Below, piece by piece: positions 1 through 12,545 of a DNA stretch of 64,000 bases. The notes under the pieces are model-generated. The model had not been told where the DNA came from, made no database searches, and saw only the letters and a list, made by a program, of their open reading frames with translations. The DNA comes from Raillietiella orientalis (taxonomy: Eukaryota), in contig JAYWIR010000084.1 in NCBI GenBank assembly GCA_036172245.1, positions 186,001 through 250,000 of the forward strand, given 5' to 3'. Numbering within the stretch: the stretch's first letter is position 1; every line of letters starts with the position of its first letter. A program made the translations under genes and the position numbers.

Positions 1-2627
1 CACTTCTAATAGCGTTATCAGTATTTTTGGCTCTCTGACTGCCATCTGCTCTTAGAAACAGTTCCTAAGACCACCAAACTGTCCAAACCAATTTTACGCA
101 TTAGGCCACTTGCACTTCCTCCGAGGTTCCAAGAGCGATCATGGTCCTCGATTATGTTCTGGTCCACTAGCTTTAATGCTTTAATGCTGCTCATATAGTA
201 TTAGACAATCCACTCCTTGGAATAGTCACTATTTTGAGTGACATCCCAGGCCTGTTGACAGACGTATTCCTCCTTGAAACCGAGTTGGTTTTGTGCGCTT
301 CGCCTGGGGTTCCTTTGTGAAAGCTTTGACGCTTTCCTGTGCTTCTCTTACGCTTTATTCTATGCTTCCTCTCCCTCTCCTTTTGGTGACAGATCGTAGT
401 ATCCATCCACTGGTGCCAGGCTTACCTTCTTGTGAAAAAGCCATGACGAATCTTGACTTGCACCATGTACGCAGGGGAAGGCTATTGTTTTTATCAAAAA
501 ATATTGAAATTGACTTGAATTCAGTGAGTCTAAATCTTCATTCTCATAATTCCCAATGTAGATGTCTATTGTGACCATCCACACATCGATTGCTTTTTAT
601 CCTAGCGATTTATTTTATCATTTATAATCATGTGAGATAAGAAGCAAATGTAGTAATCTCATTCAAAACACACAATTCAAGTCATTGTAAGAAGGCACAT
701 ATTACTGCTTGCTCCTAAATGCGTTCCATGTTCCTATGAATGCATTCAGCCGTATATAATTGGTTATGCAATGGTAACCTAATTATTGAGCTAGGTCCAT
801 CATTCTACTAGGGTCATAACGACTACATTGCTGTTACTTTTAAAGCATACCCTGACCCGCGGGCTCCACGCTGGCCACTGCCAGCATAATCGTTGCAAAT
901 CCAGTGGCCAGACCGGCCTCAGTGAATGGTGTGTCCCGTATCAGAACATGATGGCAAAGAAACCGTACTATAACAGTATCTTATGTCACTAGCGTACAAA
1001 CAACGTTTTGAGATTCAGGCAAGTTCACATCACTGCCCGTCGTGATGATGCCCATCTCGAGACCCCCATCGAGAATGGGAAGATCATAGACCTGGAATTT
1101 TCTTTCCCTTCGAACCGGTATAAACAGGAAGCTTCCTCATCTTCGAGAGGCACATCCGTTTACTTTTTGGTTCTTCGTTTGTTGCTTTCTTTCTTTATCA
1201 CATACATATCGACGTACAGGGTTTCCAACTGCAGGTACAGAAGACTCTTCATTGTTTGTGCTATCTGATCTCCTTGGAGCTCTTATCCAGGATCGTTGTG
1301 ATAAAAGCTCTGTCAAAAAACATCTATGATAGGCATGTGGAATTGTTCACATCTGTACTGAAAGTACTTTTCCATTCTGTCTCAAGATGGAATGCTGCAT
1401 TCAAAGTTCCTCTATCCTGATGCTTGTTTAGGATGATATCGTTAAGAACTTCGGGGAATCCAGCTCGTTTGGATTCTTGATCGGACTGAAACCAGGAGCA
1501 ACACAGGAAGTGAACCAATGTTGCCCGAAATCAAGGAATCCGCTCACGATCAATTTGATTCTCAGAACCTATTCTACAGAAAGATGGGATTTTTTGACAT
1601 TCATTTTTTCAACCTAAAATCATTATGATGCACGGACGAAAAGATATGATTGATCTGCTGCCCTTGCTGCACCATTAACATCTCCAGTGAATGAATGAAT
1701 AAAAATTAATGATACTCTTCTTTGGATCTTCTATCGTATTATCGCAATATTCGTAACGGAAAATTGAATCCCAGAAGAAGCATCCAAACTCCATTGCAGC
1801 TTAAGAGCAAAGCAAACGAAATGCTAATAGCTAATTATTTTAATACTCTTAATGTGCTGTCAATGTGCGTGTTTAATCCTTTGCCTCCTTCCACTCTTCC
1901 TGTCGAATACCTCTCAGAGAGGCTTTTCTTCATCCAGTATTTTCTGTAATTGATTGATATCTGGGTTCCGTATTTCTTGCATCGTTCTAGTTCCTCTCCT
2001 CAGACGGCTCCTCTCCATTTGCCCTCCTAAGCTCCCCAAAAAGAAGCAAATCAGTCTGTACTAAGGTGGTAGCACGTTTTAATTCTTCTGTGCCTTCATT
2101 CGACTGATCATTGATTAGAGGGAGTACAATTGAATCCATGTTTCCAAAGAACATTCTTAACATTTTGTCATTTTGCATCCTCCTTCTTGAACTTCCTCTA
2201 GTGGGAGTATCTCCGTCATTATTTCTCACGACGTGTCTTGCTTCTGGACCATAGACTTTTCTGCTGGAGAAGGCCATGCCACACTTCAGCTTGAAAAGAC
2301 GAGTTATACTGAGACATGCATTATAACCACAGTGGCAGAAGAGAAGTGTTCACCGCTTCGTCATGTGCTTGGAACTATTGCCGATCTGGAGATGTAGCCG
2401 ACCCCACAATGCCACAGTCCATTGGGGATATCATTGGAAGTAGTGAGGTGACCACGCGAGCATGAGGGTTCCAGTCTACCCTCTCCACTGTAACATTTCT
2501 TGCATGAGTTGAGGCTCCAATTTCGAAGAGGCTCTTTGTCTAATCATTCTAGTTAGAAGTGCATCAAACATCATCGACACTGGCTGCAGTCTTTTCATAA
2601 TAAAATCTGCGTTCCTAAAAATTTGCT

Positions 2628-2667
2628 GCCAGTGAGTCTGGAGCGCTGCGGCCAGTGAGTCTGGAGC
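2628..2667 (+). repeat. 17-nt direct repeat GCCAGTGAGTCTGGAGC x2, possibly an hAT subterminal repeat
   Basis: Exact copies at 2628-2644 and 2651-2667, just downstream of the hAT relic. Confidence 0.6.
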
Positions 2668-2719
2668 TCAGAAAGGTGACTGTGCTTTCCCTTTAGACAA
2701 CCATCTGCATTGGCAATGT

Positions 2720-3475
2720 AACACTGTTTTCCTCGTTCAGATCTGATAGAAATTGTCTCAAGCTCATGCCTGTTCGGTGCTTTGCTTCTAACATGGTGCC
2801 TTACACATCTCTGAATATCCATGATATCTTCAAAATTTAATGTCTTTTCTGTACAGTGCTTCTTGATGAATGATACAATGTTTTAATATAGTGTGGTCAT
2901 CGTGCCAGACATGCAGATTTTTTATTCTTTGAAGCCGGAGCACCGCCAGTGCATATCAAATTTTACCCATTCGATGTTGTTTTTCTCTACACACAACTTC
3001 ATAATTTCAAACAAATCAATTCCTTTGGTAGTCGCCTGCATCGATTCAAGTCCCAGTTCTTCAATGACTTCAAAATTATCTAGCAAAGGAATCTGATCAA
3101 ATTTTGTCTCACACTTTTACCACCAAGCGTTCAAGCAATTTTAAGCGGAGGCTGTATTACTTTCGCATCGGTGAATGACTTCTCTTTGCGAGCCAACAGA
3201 AGAGAGACTTCGTATGATGCAGATCTCTTTTCGGTCCTTTGGTCTTTGTAAAAAAAATGACTGCTGATTTATGAGGGAACCGTCTTTCTTAGCTACCAAG
3301 TCTTCCCTTGACTCCGAACCGACTGGATATTCAGCATGTATGTCTCAATGGGTGGTCTTGTAGTGTCAGTTCCAGATTATTGTATTTTTTCTTAGACGAA
3401 ACACAAAATTCGCATAATGAGCAGACCGGTTCACCACTACGACTGAGCACAGACATACATTTGGTCGACAAGGCT
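2720..3475 (-). pseudogene. Decayed, internally deleted hAT (Buster/Charlie/GTF2IRD2-like) transposase
   Basis: Minus-strand translation across frameshifts gives collinear hAT motifs: GEPVCSLC..KKYN (BED-finger-like), ASYEVSLLLARKEKSFTD (~3155-3225), FEVIEELGLESMQATTKGIDLFE, ICTGGAPA (cf. ICTDGAPA) and HCIIHQEAL (2854-2880). Confidence 0.8.
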
Positions 3476-3949
3476 GAACTGACTGAACTAACTGAACTGA
3501 GATGTTCACTAACTAAACATTCGATATTTATATCCGACCACAATAACCACACTCAAGAGTGGTTATTATCGAACGCCGACGGGACGCTCTAAGTGCTCTA
3601 TCAAAATGTCAAACTTATTAGAAATAACACAATTAAGAATTTTAGATGCCTAACTCTAGAATACTGTAGATCGCGCATTACTGTAACTTTCGTTAGAATA
3701 GTTATTTATTTGGACGTCAATACATTTTTGTAATTATTAAAATATATTATATTACATATCGAGGCTTTGCGGGCTGTAAGTTGCAGCGGACAGTTGTTTG
3801 GGAACCTCTGATCTACAGTGCTCAGCTGAAGTGTCACGTCTTCGGAGACTCATTAGATTCTCGTGGAGCTGCTTCAGAGCCAAACAAGACGCCAACTACA
3901 CCATCTACTGAAGTCAATTGGTGGAAGATAAGTTGAGAATTTCTTGTTG

Positions 3950-5150
3950 ATTTCCCTTATCCTCAAAAAGTTCCAAAGAAGCCACACTCCATATCAGTTT
4001 CGTAAGTTTTCTTCATGTTCATTTACCAAAGATTTTTCCGGAGCATGATCTTCATAAACGCGTACACTCAAATCTACCGGAGCCCTTCTATTGGTTACGT
4101 AATTTCTCTTCTGGCAATGGGTCGTCCTCTGCTTCAATTTTTTGTACCTGTAATTAGCTTTCCTGACGTTCATGCAATATTTGGTGGTCAAGTACTCTTT
4201 GCGTGGAAAATGCCATATTTCAGTCTTCCTTCTTGCATCTGCACTTCATAGGTACTTCCACAAGAGACCGACTGGATGGCGATTCCTCGCTTATGACTGA
4301 ATGGTCCATGTAGCTCAGCTCAAGTGTGGTCAGAGAATCTTCTGCACACAAAGTAGCTACAGAAGCCAGAAGAAGTCAGTGTTTTGCATAGAAAAGCACC
4401 AATGTTTTGGATGGAGCCGTACAAATTATTATCTATGTTTGGAGGCACGATAAGATAGTTTGGGGTAATCGTGGTTACTGGTTTTCTTTACTACAAGTGT
4501 CTACAGTCGGATGGAAGTGGGGAGCTCTGGCATTTCTTTTGACTGTAGCTCTGAAATCCCAGTTCGAAACTGAGACCAAGAATCATTGTCATGTAATCAA
4601 AGCTCCAAATACTGGAAACGTTAAATGAGATATTTAATTAGAACTGAGTTCCGTATCATCCTTTTGGGATTGCTGAGAATGAAATAAGATAATTTCGTAC
4701 TGTGGGACTCCTTACGGGCTTTGGGACGGAATACCACTGGATTGCATGCCTCTCTCGTCCACCTAAGTGAAAGTGGAAGAGCACATCTTTTCTGCCTTCG
4801 CAGCTCTTTAACACTGTTCCATGACAGCAGAGGATGAGAATAATTCTTGAGGATAGGGAGCCACCCCGGGAGGTGACCACTTTATGAATCGAGGAAGGAC
4901 CCTTCCGTTCCTCGCACGCTTGAGGAGCGATCCCCGGAAATGGGGATCACTTCCACCCTGGTTGTCTTCGAAGGGGAACCGTTCACTCTTTGCCCGAGGA
5001 TGAAGGAATGTTTCGGACCCTATAAACAGTAAGAAAACCAAAATATGTGCAAGGGGAATCTCCATCTCATTCCTTTGCGTCCCTTGCAAAAGCATCCACA
5101 AATGGACTCACCCTGTTATGTCTGTTCCATCACATGCAATTGGCTGCGGA
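3950..5150 (-). mobile_element. Possible highly decayed LTR (Ty3/Gypsy-like) pol remnant
   Basis: Weak collinear hints on the minus strand: LLQ..EMEIPLAH (RNase H-like), FGA..DNDSWSQF..APHFHP (integrase-like) and HGPF..TYEV..FHA (integrase C-terminus). Many stops. Confidence 0.25.
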
Positions 5151-5739
5151 ATACTCTGCTAATGGAGTCTGATACAGCAACATGCACCATGGTTCTTAGA
5201 GTGCAACTTCCAGAAGGATTCTGTACATGAAATCACGCTGACCATTGCACGCAAATAAACGAAGGATTTTCCGATGAAAACCCGAAAACAACGGCAACAG
5301 CAACAAAAAAGATAGCAACATGGGCAGTGATGCCACAGTAGAGTTCACAAACGGCAGCAGATCGTGTGCATTCCCTAAGAGCACATGAGTATCATTTTAG
5401 CAACATGCATAGCGTCCACCTTTGAAGAAACTTGATTCCTATTATTCATAACAACAGATTACAAATGCGTATTAAGGAACGAAATGGGATACGTCTAAAG
5501 AAGAGCTGCAGTTTCTCAGGAAGTTGACCTTGTCTTCCAAGAATATCAAAACGACTATTGGTTACAGAGATCGACACCCCATTGAAGTCAGGAACACTCA
5601 TCGAGAGTCAACCCGCAGGCATGGCGCACCAGTAGGGGATGCTCGTCTGAGCGTGCAGCCGGTAATATCCGAAGGAAACACGGAAGGTCCATGAGAATAT
5701 CAGTATCATGATACATGAAATTTGCAGCATGGGCGATAA

Positions 5740-8700
5740 GGATTCTTGTTCCGGTCATCACTGGGGGCCACTTCAGGTCATCCGTCATGCTGCCGAGCAG
5801 CTCGACCCATTTTTTTAGTCCTTGCGGAAGGACACTCTGGGTTGTGGCGTCCGCAAGCTGTCCAACTGTCCAACCGCTCATTAACTTTTCTCTGCCTGCG
5901 ATACGGCAAAAGGCTTGCACCTCAGCGTCCGGCTGCTGACGAGGACCCACCGTAGGAAGGGCAGCACCGTCGCTAGGCAGGTCGTCTCTGCCTAAGTGCT
6001 CCTGGATCGACACTCCAGGGTCTCGCGAAGAGTGCAGCGGGCGAATCGGCCGCGTCGCAGGCTATTCCACCTCTCGTGGATTCTCTGATTAACTACCGCC
6101 CACGTGACAACTTTCTTCCAGCTATTCGCTGGAGTTGACAGGGCAGCAGATCATCCACGCATTCTCCTTGGCCAGGGCTGGCATTCGTCCGAGGAGAAGA
6201 ACGCATCTTCTTATCTTTCTTCCACGACATAAAAGATGAGATGCAAGTCCTCCCGTTCCGGATACACGTCTGGCGACAAGACGGCCGGAACACACCAACG
6301 GTGCTCCACAACTTCGCTGCAATGGCCAAGCTTCGTCATCGCAGCTAAATTTCCATGAGCTCTTGAGATAGGAGGCCTAGAGCACCATCTCCACGAAGAG
6401 CGCACAAGTCCATCAAAGGTACTCCGGGCCTCCCCTTGCCCCAAAGGGCGATGCGCAGGAGGTCATTTGTCCTCTTTTTTATTTCTTTGGGGACAAGGCA
6501 AACAAAAATTAGAAGGTGAAGGATGGGGGCGGCAAAAGTTTTGCATACCGCGGCCCGTTCCGGCAAGTGGAACTTGCCCTCCAGAAATGGGCCGATCGTC
6601 AACTCCACTTTCTGGACACGGCCTGATCAGGCTACTGCGAGGCAGATGTCCCCCAGCAGAACGCCAAATTACTTCAGATATCCTTTCGTCGGAATCATCA
6701 GGCGGATCCAATCAGGCCTTCCTACCCACGACGCTCCAGCTGCCACCACCGACGATTTTGCCCTGTTAACCCGGAGCCCTGTCCCACGGCTTAGAAGATC
6801 GAAGAAATATTCGGCTGCCGTTGCCGGGGTGGGCATTGGGAGCAGGGGCATAAGATCGTCGGCATATGCCGAAACGGGAGGCGGGACAGGGCATGAGCTT
6901 GAGAAGTCAGCCAAAGTCTTCCTGTAGGCTCTCAGCACCAACTCGAAGTAGGTTCCACAGCAGGGGACCAAGGCAATCGGCCTGCAGAATCTTGCGGCTC
7001 ACCGGCACTCCGTACACGTTTTGTCCTCTGAATGAAATGTTTGTCAGCGCGGCGCGCTAGCAGGAGCGCAGGTACTCCGCTAAGGTGGGTGGGAAGCCCA
7101 TGCGATGCAGAAGCTTCAGGAAAAGCTCCTGGTCTACGCAGTCAAATGCTTTTCGCAAGCCGACTGCCACCGCAAGAACTCCCTCCCCCACTCGACCAAC
7201 CGACCCATGGCTGAAGGACTCACCAACATTCCAGCTGCGCACCAAGCCTTTTTCTTGTTGGAGCTCTAGCCATGTGGAACAGGTTCGCCTCCATGCTTCG
7301 TCCGGGAACAGAATATGTCTGTTCCGGGCTGATAAAGATGTTGGCGACCCGTCCCAGGCGCTCTGCCCACAGCTTGGCTAGCAACTTGGCGTCCGCATTC
7401 ACTATTGTGATGGGACGCCAGTTGTTCATGCTCCTAAGGTCTCCTCCCTTAGGGAGGAGCCGCTGCTTTGCCGAACGAAACGAGGCGGAAACGTCACCGT
7501 CTCGCGTATCAGCAAGGTGAGTTGATGTACCAGGGGGGTAAGCTAAGCCGCGAAGCTTTGGAAAAACTTCGCTGGCAAGCCGTCCTCCCCTAGTACCTTC
7601 CGCCTCTTGAGCCTTTTTATCGCGGTTCCAGCGGTCGTAAAAGGCTCGTTTAGTCTTTCCCTTTCCTCCTTCCCTATTCCCTAGGCTTCGTACGGGAGCA
7701 GCAGTCACGAGGCGTCCCACTCGAAAGGCGCGCCCCGGCGTATAGGGAGGAATAGAATTCTCGCAGGATGTGTCGAACCGCGGAAGGGGCCAAGTGTTCC
7801 CCGTTCTGGTCGTCCAGAAGGGTGGGCGGCCCGGACTGCCAGGCTTGGCGCTCAGCCCATGCTCGATACTCAGCCAGGCGACGGACGTTGGGGGTCCTCG
7901 CGTGACGACGAGTATATAAATACGCCCTTTCGTTGCGATTACCTTCCCCAAGCCCGGAGGGAAGGCGCCCCAGGGGAAACTCCTCACAGAACTCGCGGAC
8001 CGAACGCTTGAAAACGTCCCAATCCTCGAGATTCCGGAGGGTAACGCCTCTCGGGAATTGGCGGAGATGATCCGCCGCACCTGGGAGCCTCGTCCAATCC
8101 CCCGGTAGACGCCACGCCCTGAATGGGGGTCTTTTATTGCGTGGCCAGACATCGAACATCAGACGGAAATGGTCGGACAGCGTCGACAGGAGCCTTCCTC
8201 GTATACCGATTCGAGTACACAGGTCGTGGTCGATGAAAACGTGGTCGATGCTGTCCTCCATTTCCGGGTGTCCCTCCATCAAGTTGCGCGCTTGCATGGC
8301 GGAGCACAACTTGATCGGCACGTTCTTTGGCGTGCAGCACGCAGCTGAGAGCAGGAGGAGGTTAAAATCCCCGGTTATCAGGTGGGCCTTGAGCACTCCT
8401 GCATCTGTCAGCCAGTCGCGCTTCAGGTACTGAAAGAACTGAGCTCCTTCCGCGTACCCTTTGCTACCGCTCGGAGCATACACGTTGGTAACGATGAGAT
8501 GGATCGTGTCGGACCAGCATAGAATCATCTGTCCAACACGACCGTTGTCATCGAAGCGCACGTTCCTCACGGAGGCGTCGACGGCTGGCTTTAAAAAGAT
8601 CGCGACACCGCAGGTGTTGCGGTCGCCGCATCACGAATACAACCGACCCCCTGCGATCCTCTCGATCTCCTCGACGTCTCTTGCAGACGTGGATCTCCTG

Positions 8701-9150
8701 CAGTAGCGCCAGGTCGAATTCTCGCAGGGTGTCGGCGGTATCTCGCCTGTTGCCGTCTTCGCGCAGCCCGTTGACATTTCAGCAGGTCACGCGGAACCTT
8801 CGGCGACAGGCGAGCCCAGAGGTTATTCCTGGGAACGTGGCAGTTCGGTTCCCGCCACCTTATCGGACGGGACGGATGGAGGATGGGGTGCATCGCGCAC
8901 CGGTTCTCCCTCCTCCATGGAGGTCGATTCGGCTGCAGGCCTCATCGTGGGGAGTAGGCGGGAATCTCCTACCCGCACTGCCTGCTCCATCAGGTCCGAT
9001 TCTTCGGCTGGGCCTGTCGGAGGAAGAAAGAAGTTGTCACCGACCTGATTTCCTCCTCCATGGGGGTTTACAGCCACTCGGTCACCGGGAGTGGGAAACT
9101 CCTTCCTCCGTTCCCACGCTACCCAGGCTGCCTGTGCGTCCCCTTCCTTC
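5740..9150 (-). mobile_element. LINE copy E1: ORF1 tail plus disrupted ORF2 (EN, RT, thumb), truncated at both ends
   Basis: ORF1 stop at 8823-8825. Contains TNVYAPSG/GDFN/SDHF (7674-8570 ORF), WRPITIVNADAK, KAFDCV and SAYADD. Homology ends at LKWPPVMTGTRIL near 5740. Confidence 0.9.
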
Positions 9151-9214
9151 TTGGTTGGGATGGAAAAATGGTGACAATTTTTAAATAAACGCCCCAACTT
9201 GACCGGGTGAAAAC
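9150..9214 (+). mobile_element. Isolated ~60-nt LINE 3' terminus
   Basis: AATAAACGCCCCAACTTGACCGGGTGAAAAC matches the family's terminal motif. Confidence 0.7.
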
Positions 9215-9783
9215 GTAAGAGTAAAAATGGCGGAAGCGGTACGTGATTTTCGCTTTGACGACGAGTGGGCTAACTTGTTGTCAAGTGGTCCGATTCCATC
9301 AATCTCGTGCGACGAACATCTACGCGCCGAGTGGCTCTCGCTACCTCGAAGAACGAGTAGCTTTCTTTGGTGAGGTACAGATTCACTGGCTCAACAACTC
9401 CGCCCCCTAAGTGGCGCACCTCGTCGCGGGGGACTTCAACGTCCGCCTGCTCTCCGACGATTGGAGCCGCCCCAGGGAGCGCGCGCTGCCCATCGACATG
9501 TGCGCGTCGATGCACGCCGCCAACCTGATGGTCAGCGAACCTGGAATGGAAAGATCGCTCGATCATGTTTTTCTCGATGAAAACCTGCATTCGCGTGTGG
9601 GTAGGAGAGGAAGATTGTTGACTGGGCTTTCTGACCATCACAGGTTGGAGTTTAAGCTCCTCCCGCCAGGCAAGGTGCCGCCGCTGCAAAACTGGAGGAT
9701 GCAGGTGGACTGGCTTAGCCATTCGGAGGCCGCAGAGCATCTCCGCGAACACCTGCGAGGCTCCGCCATTCGTAAACTCGCAT
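9215..9783 (+). mobile_element. LINE endonuclease fragment E2 (same subfamily as E9)
   Basis: HLVAGDFN, SLDHVFLD and SDHHRLEF. The nucleotide sequence closely follows 23676-24250 and shares the CCCTAAGTGGCG stop. Confidence 0.9.
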
Positions 9784-9784
9784 C

Positions 9785-11930
9785 TCACCAGGTTACGCCG
9801 TAGCGCTTATTCTTCCGTATAAAATGAGACTCTGTGGCTGGTAATCCAGCGTCACACTAATAAAGAAAATTAAGCCTGCCGGGTCACCGGTTTGCAGTCC
9901 GTTACGTTCCACCACGACAGCAGAGGGAAAGAAACAAAACAGATGTGTAACAGAACCAAAAAAATATATATAAAAAAACATCTGATAGGCACGGAAAAAG
10001 ATCACAGTCTGATGTGGGGCCGTGACATCCTTTCTAGGATGTCGGCAAGCTATTCTTTGATTGATAAATCCAGATGGGTCCATCCAGTCGCTGTCCTCAT
10101 AAATTCGACTGAGCATTGCACGGCACCCTTATCGCGTGGTCCTCCCGTTGCCTGGCTCTAGCCAGCGACGATCCCGCGAAAGCAGCACATGGCTGATAAC
10201 GATGCCGCTGGCCGAATGACGTTGCAAACTATGAGGGACCTAAAAGCGTCTTCTGGGGTTGCCACAGGAGATACCGATTGCCACGGCAAAACGGTTTCAA
10301 AGGGGCCGAAGAGCCACACAATCCAACAGGAGGTGAGAGAGGGACTCCCGTTCTCCACACCTCGCACAATTAGGACTCACCGCTCTCCGGGTCCAATGGT
10401 GCCGGCGGGCGTTGCAAGGGAGTCCCCAATGCAGCAACAGTAACGCCGACTCCTGCCAATTCAGGGGGAGAGTGGAGGTGTTCAGCAGCACCGGGGTCGA
10501 CTTAAGTTGTTCCGTCAGAACTTCCAGCAGCTCGCCCCAGCGCAAAAGTCCAATTGGGGTGGTAATCCGGTCCGCAGAATCGCAAAGAATACTTGTTTTC
10601 CATTCCCCGATCTTTTTCTACGTACCAGAGATTTCTGAAACCATTAACATTGCCGCCACAGTGTTGCTGTGTAGATGGTCCTCGTGGGAAAATCGCATTG
10701 CAGCGAGGGGAGTTTTCCTTGTTACACGCTCGTTTTTGGGGATTCTCTAGGAACTCTCTGAGAGCGAGACGGTCCTTGCGAGCAAACAGTTGTCTGCGAT
10801 ATTGCTCGGCGCGTTGCTCGCTGCTCCACGACAACGTGTGAATGTATTCCTAAAGCTGAGCAGTTCCGTTAACTGGGCGACAGAAGAACCATCCCTCGTT
10901 CTTCCTCATCAGATCAGCCACTCTCCGCAGCTGCAAACCGCAGTGACCGAATTGGCAGCAACGACGGAGCGCAAGGAAGGAAGATTGACATTTCCACCTT
11001 GTCGGTGGCCTGTACGACGAGGAGACGTGCAGGCTCGCACCAACTGCTGCTCCAATACTTTGCCACTAGTGCCAGGAACCGAAACTGGAGCTGGAGCTAC
11101 AGCTGCTCCAGCATCAGGAAGCCGAGACCGCCGTCATGATGCGGAGCGCTCAAGTCCACAAGCCGGACTCGGTTCCTCCCATTACCCAACAGGGCAATCC
11201 TTAGGAGGTCCTTCGTCCTCTTTTTAGTCTCTGTGGTGGAAGGACAAACAAAAAGCAGGGGGCCGAGATTACGAGCCGCGAACGCGTTCCACACCGCGGC
11301 CCGTCCGGGCAGGAAAAACCTGCGGCCTTGGAACGGGCCGATTGCCGTCTTTACCTTCTGAATGCAGCTGGACCACGCATTCTAAGGGAGATAATCCCCC
11401 ATCGGTACACCGAGGTACATGAAGTACCGTACCGTGGGGATCTCCAAACCTACCCAGCCCGCCTGCCCTGCCCACGCCGCACCTACTGGCATGACGGACC
11501 ACTTCGCTTTGTTCACCCTAAGCCCGGTTCCTCGGCTAAGCAGGTCGACGAACTCCTCGACTGCCGATACCGGGGTGGACATAGGGAGCAGCAGCAGAAG
11601 GTCGTCCGCGTATGCTGACACCGCAGGCGTACCGGGACATTCGCGCGTCAGGTGCGCAAGAGTTTCCCTGTAAGCTCTCAGTACTAACTCGATGTAGGCA
11701 GTGGAGACCAGGGGATTCAAGCTGTCTCCCTTCCGTATTCCGGGTCGTACCGGTATGCCGTGCACGGTGTGTCCACTGAAAAAGATCTGGATGAGCGCGT
11801 TTACCGCAGCGCCTTCCGGAAGAAGAAGTCTCGAGACATTTCGTTCCAGTGGAGCGCGCCCGTACAGGAAGGAGTAGAACTTTTTTATCAATCCTTTTAT
11901 CTGTGCGGGGACGGAGTGCTCCGCACTCGA
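9785..11930 (-). mobile_element. LINE copy E3: 3' end, C-terminal finger and RT domains 4-7, with an in-frame internal deletion
   Basis: HWGLPCNARR..CARCGERESLSHLLLDC, SAYADD and YLGVP. The linker LLLPEGAAV is fused directly to NALIQIFFSG near 11800. Decayed terminal motif at ~9785-9812. Confidence 0.88.
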
Positions 11931-11932
11931 TC

Positions 11933-12545
11933 CTAGAGTGTATTGCCCTCCGTGAGATGTGGGACTGACTCTCGTCGATCCTGAACATTCCGGTCGGCGA
12001 CCCCAAAAACTTATTTAGACGCCTCCTGATGCGGGACGCCTTACCAGCATCCGGGTGAGTTCCAGTACTCTCTTGCATATGCGGAATCCTAGACAAGTGG
12101 ACCGCGTCAAGGAGAGGAAGTACCAGTCGGAATGCCATTCACTGGGCAGCCATCTCCTTGGAGAAGGCCTGCCGTTGGCGTCGAATCAAAAAACATTTGC
12201 CGGCACTTGTTCGCATCCGAAACCAGATGCAGAGGCCTCCTCACGGGGTACCCTGATCCCCTTCCTTTCTCCCCCCAGCCCTAAGAACATTGCATCCCCC
12301 TTGCGTTCTGTTGTTTTTTTTGTTGTGTTTTTGTTTTTCCCGCACTTGCGCCAGTATGGGGGACTTTATCAACCTGCGGGTCGGTAAGGACAAGTGCCAT
12401 AACAACGACAAACACAAATATGATGGCCAAAAAGACAAAACATTATGAACGAAAAAGTCTTTATTGTGAAATTTTTTTCCTTTTCTTATGATTGTGAAAA
12501 CATTTTAATAATGAAAGCCCCGGATCACCCGGGTGAAAGAAACTA
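11933..12545 (+). mobile_element. LINE 3' fragment E4 with 3' UTR and terminus
   Basis: End of ORF2, then TGATCCCCTTCC, a T-rich tract and GCCCCGGATCACCCGGGTGAAA at ~12517-12538. Similar to 56010-56595. Confidence 0.85.

Noticed and set aside
1..2500. Short ORFs in the left flank; faint RT-like wording at 200-500 on the minus strand
   Set aside because: No convincing motif or exon structure; too decayed to call.
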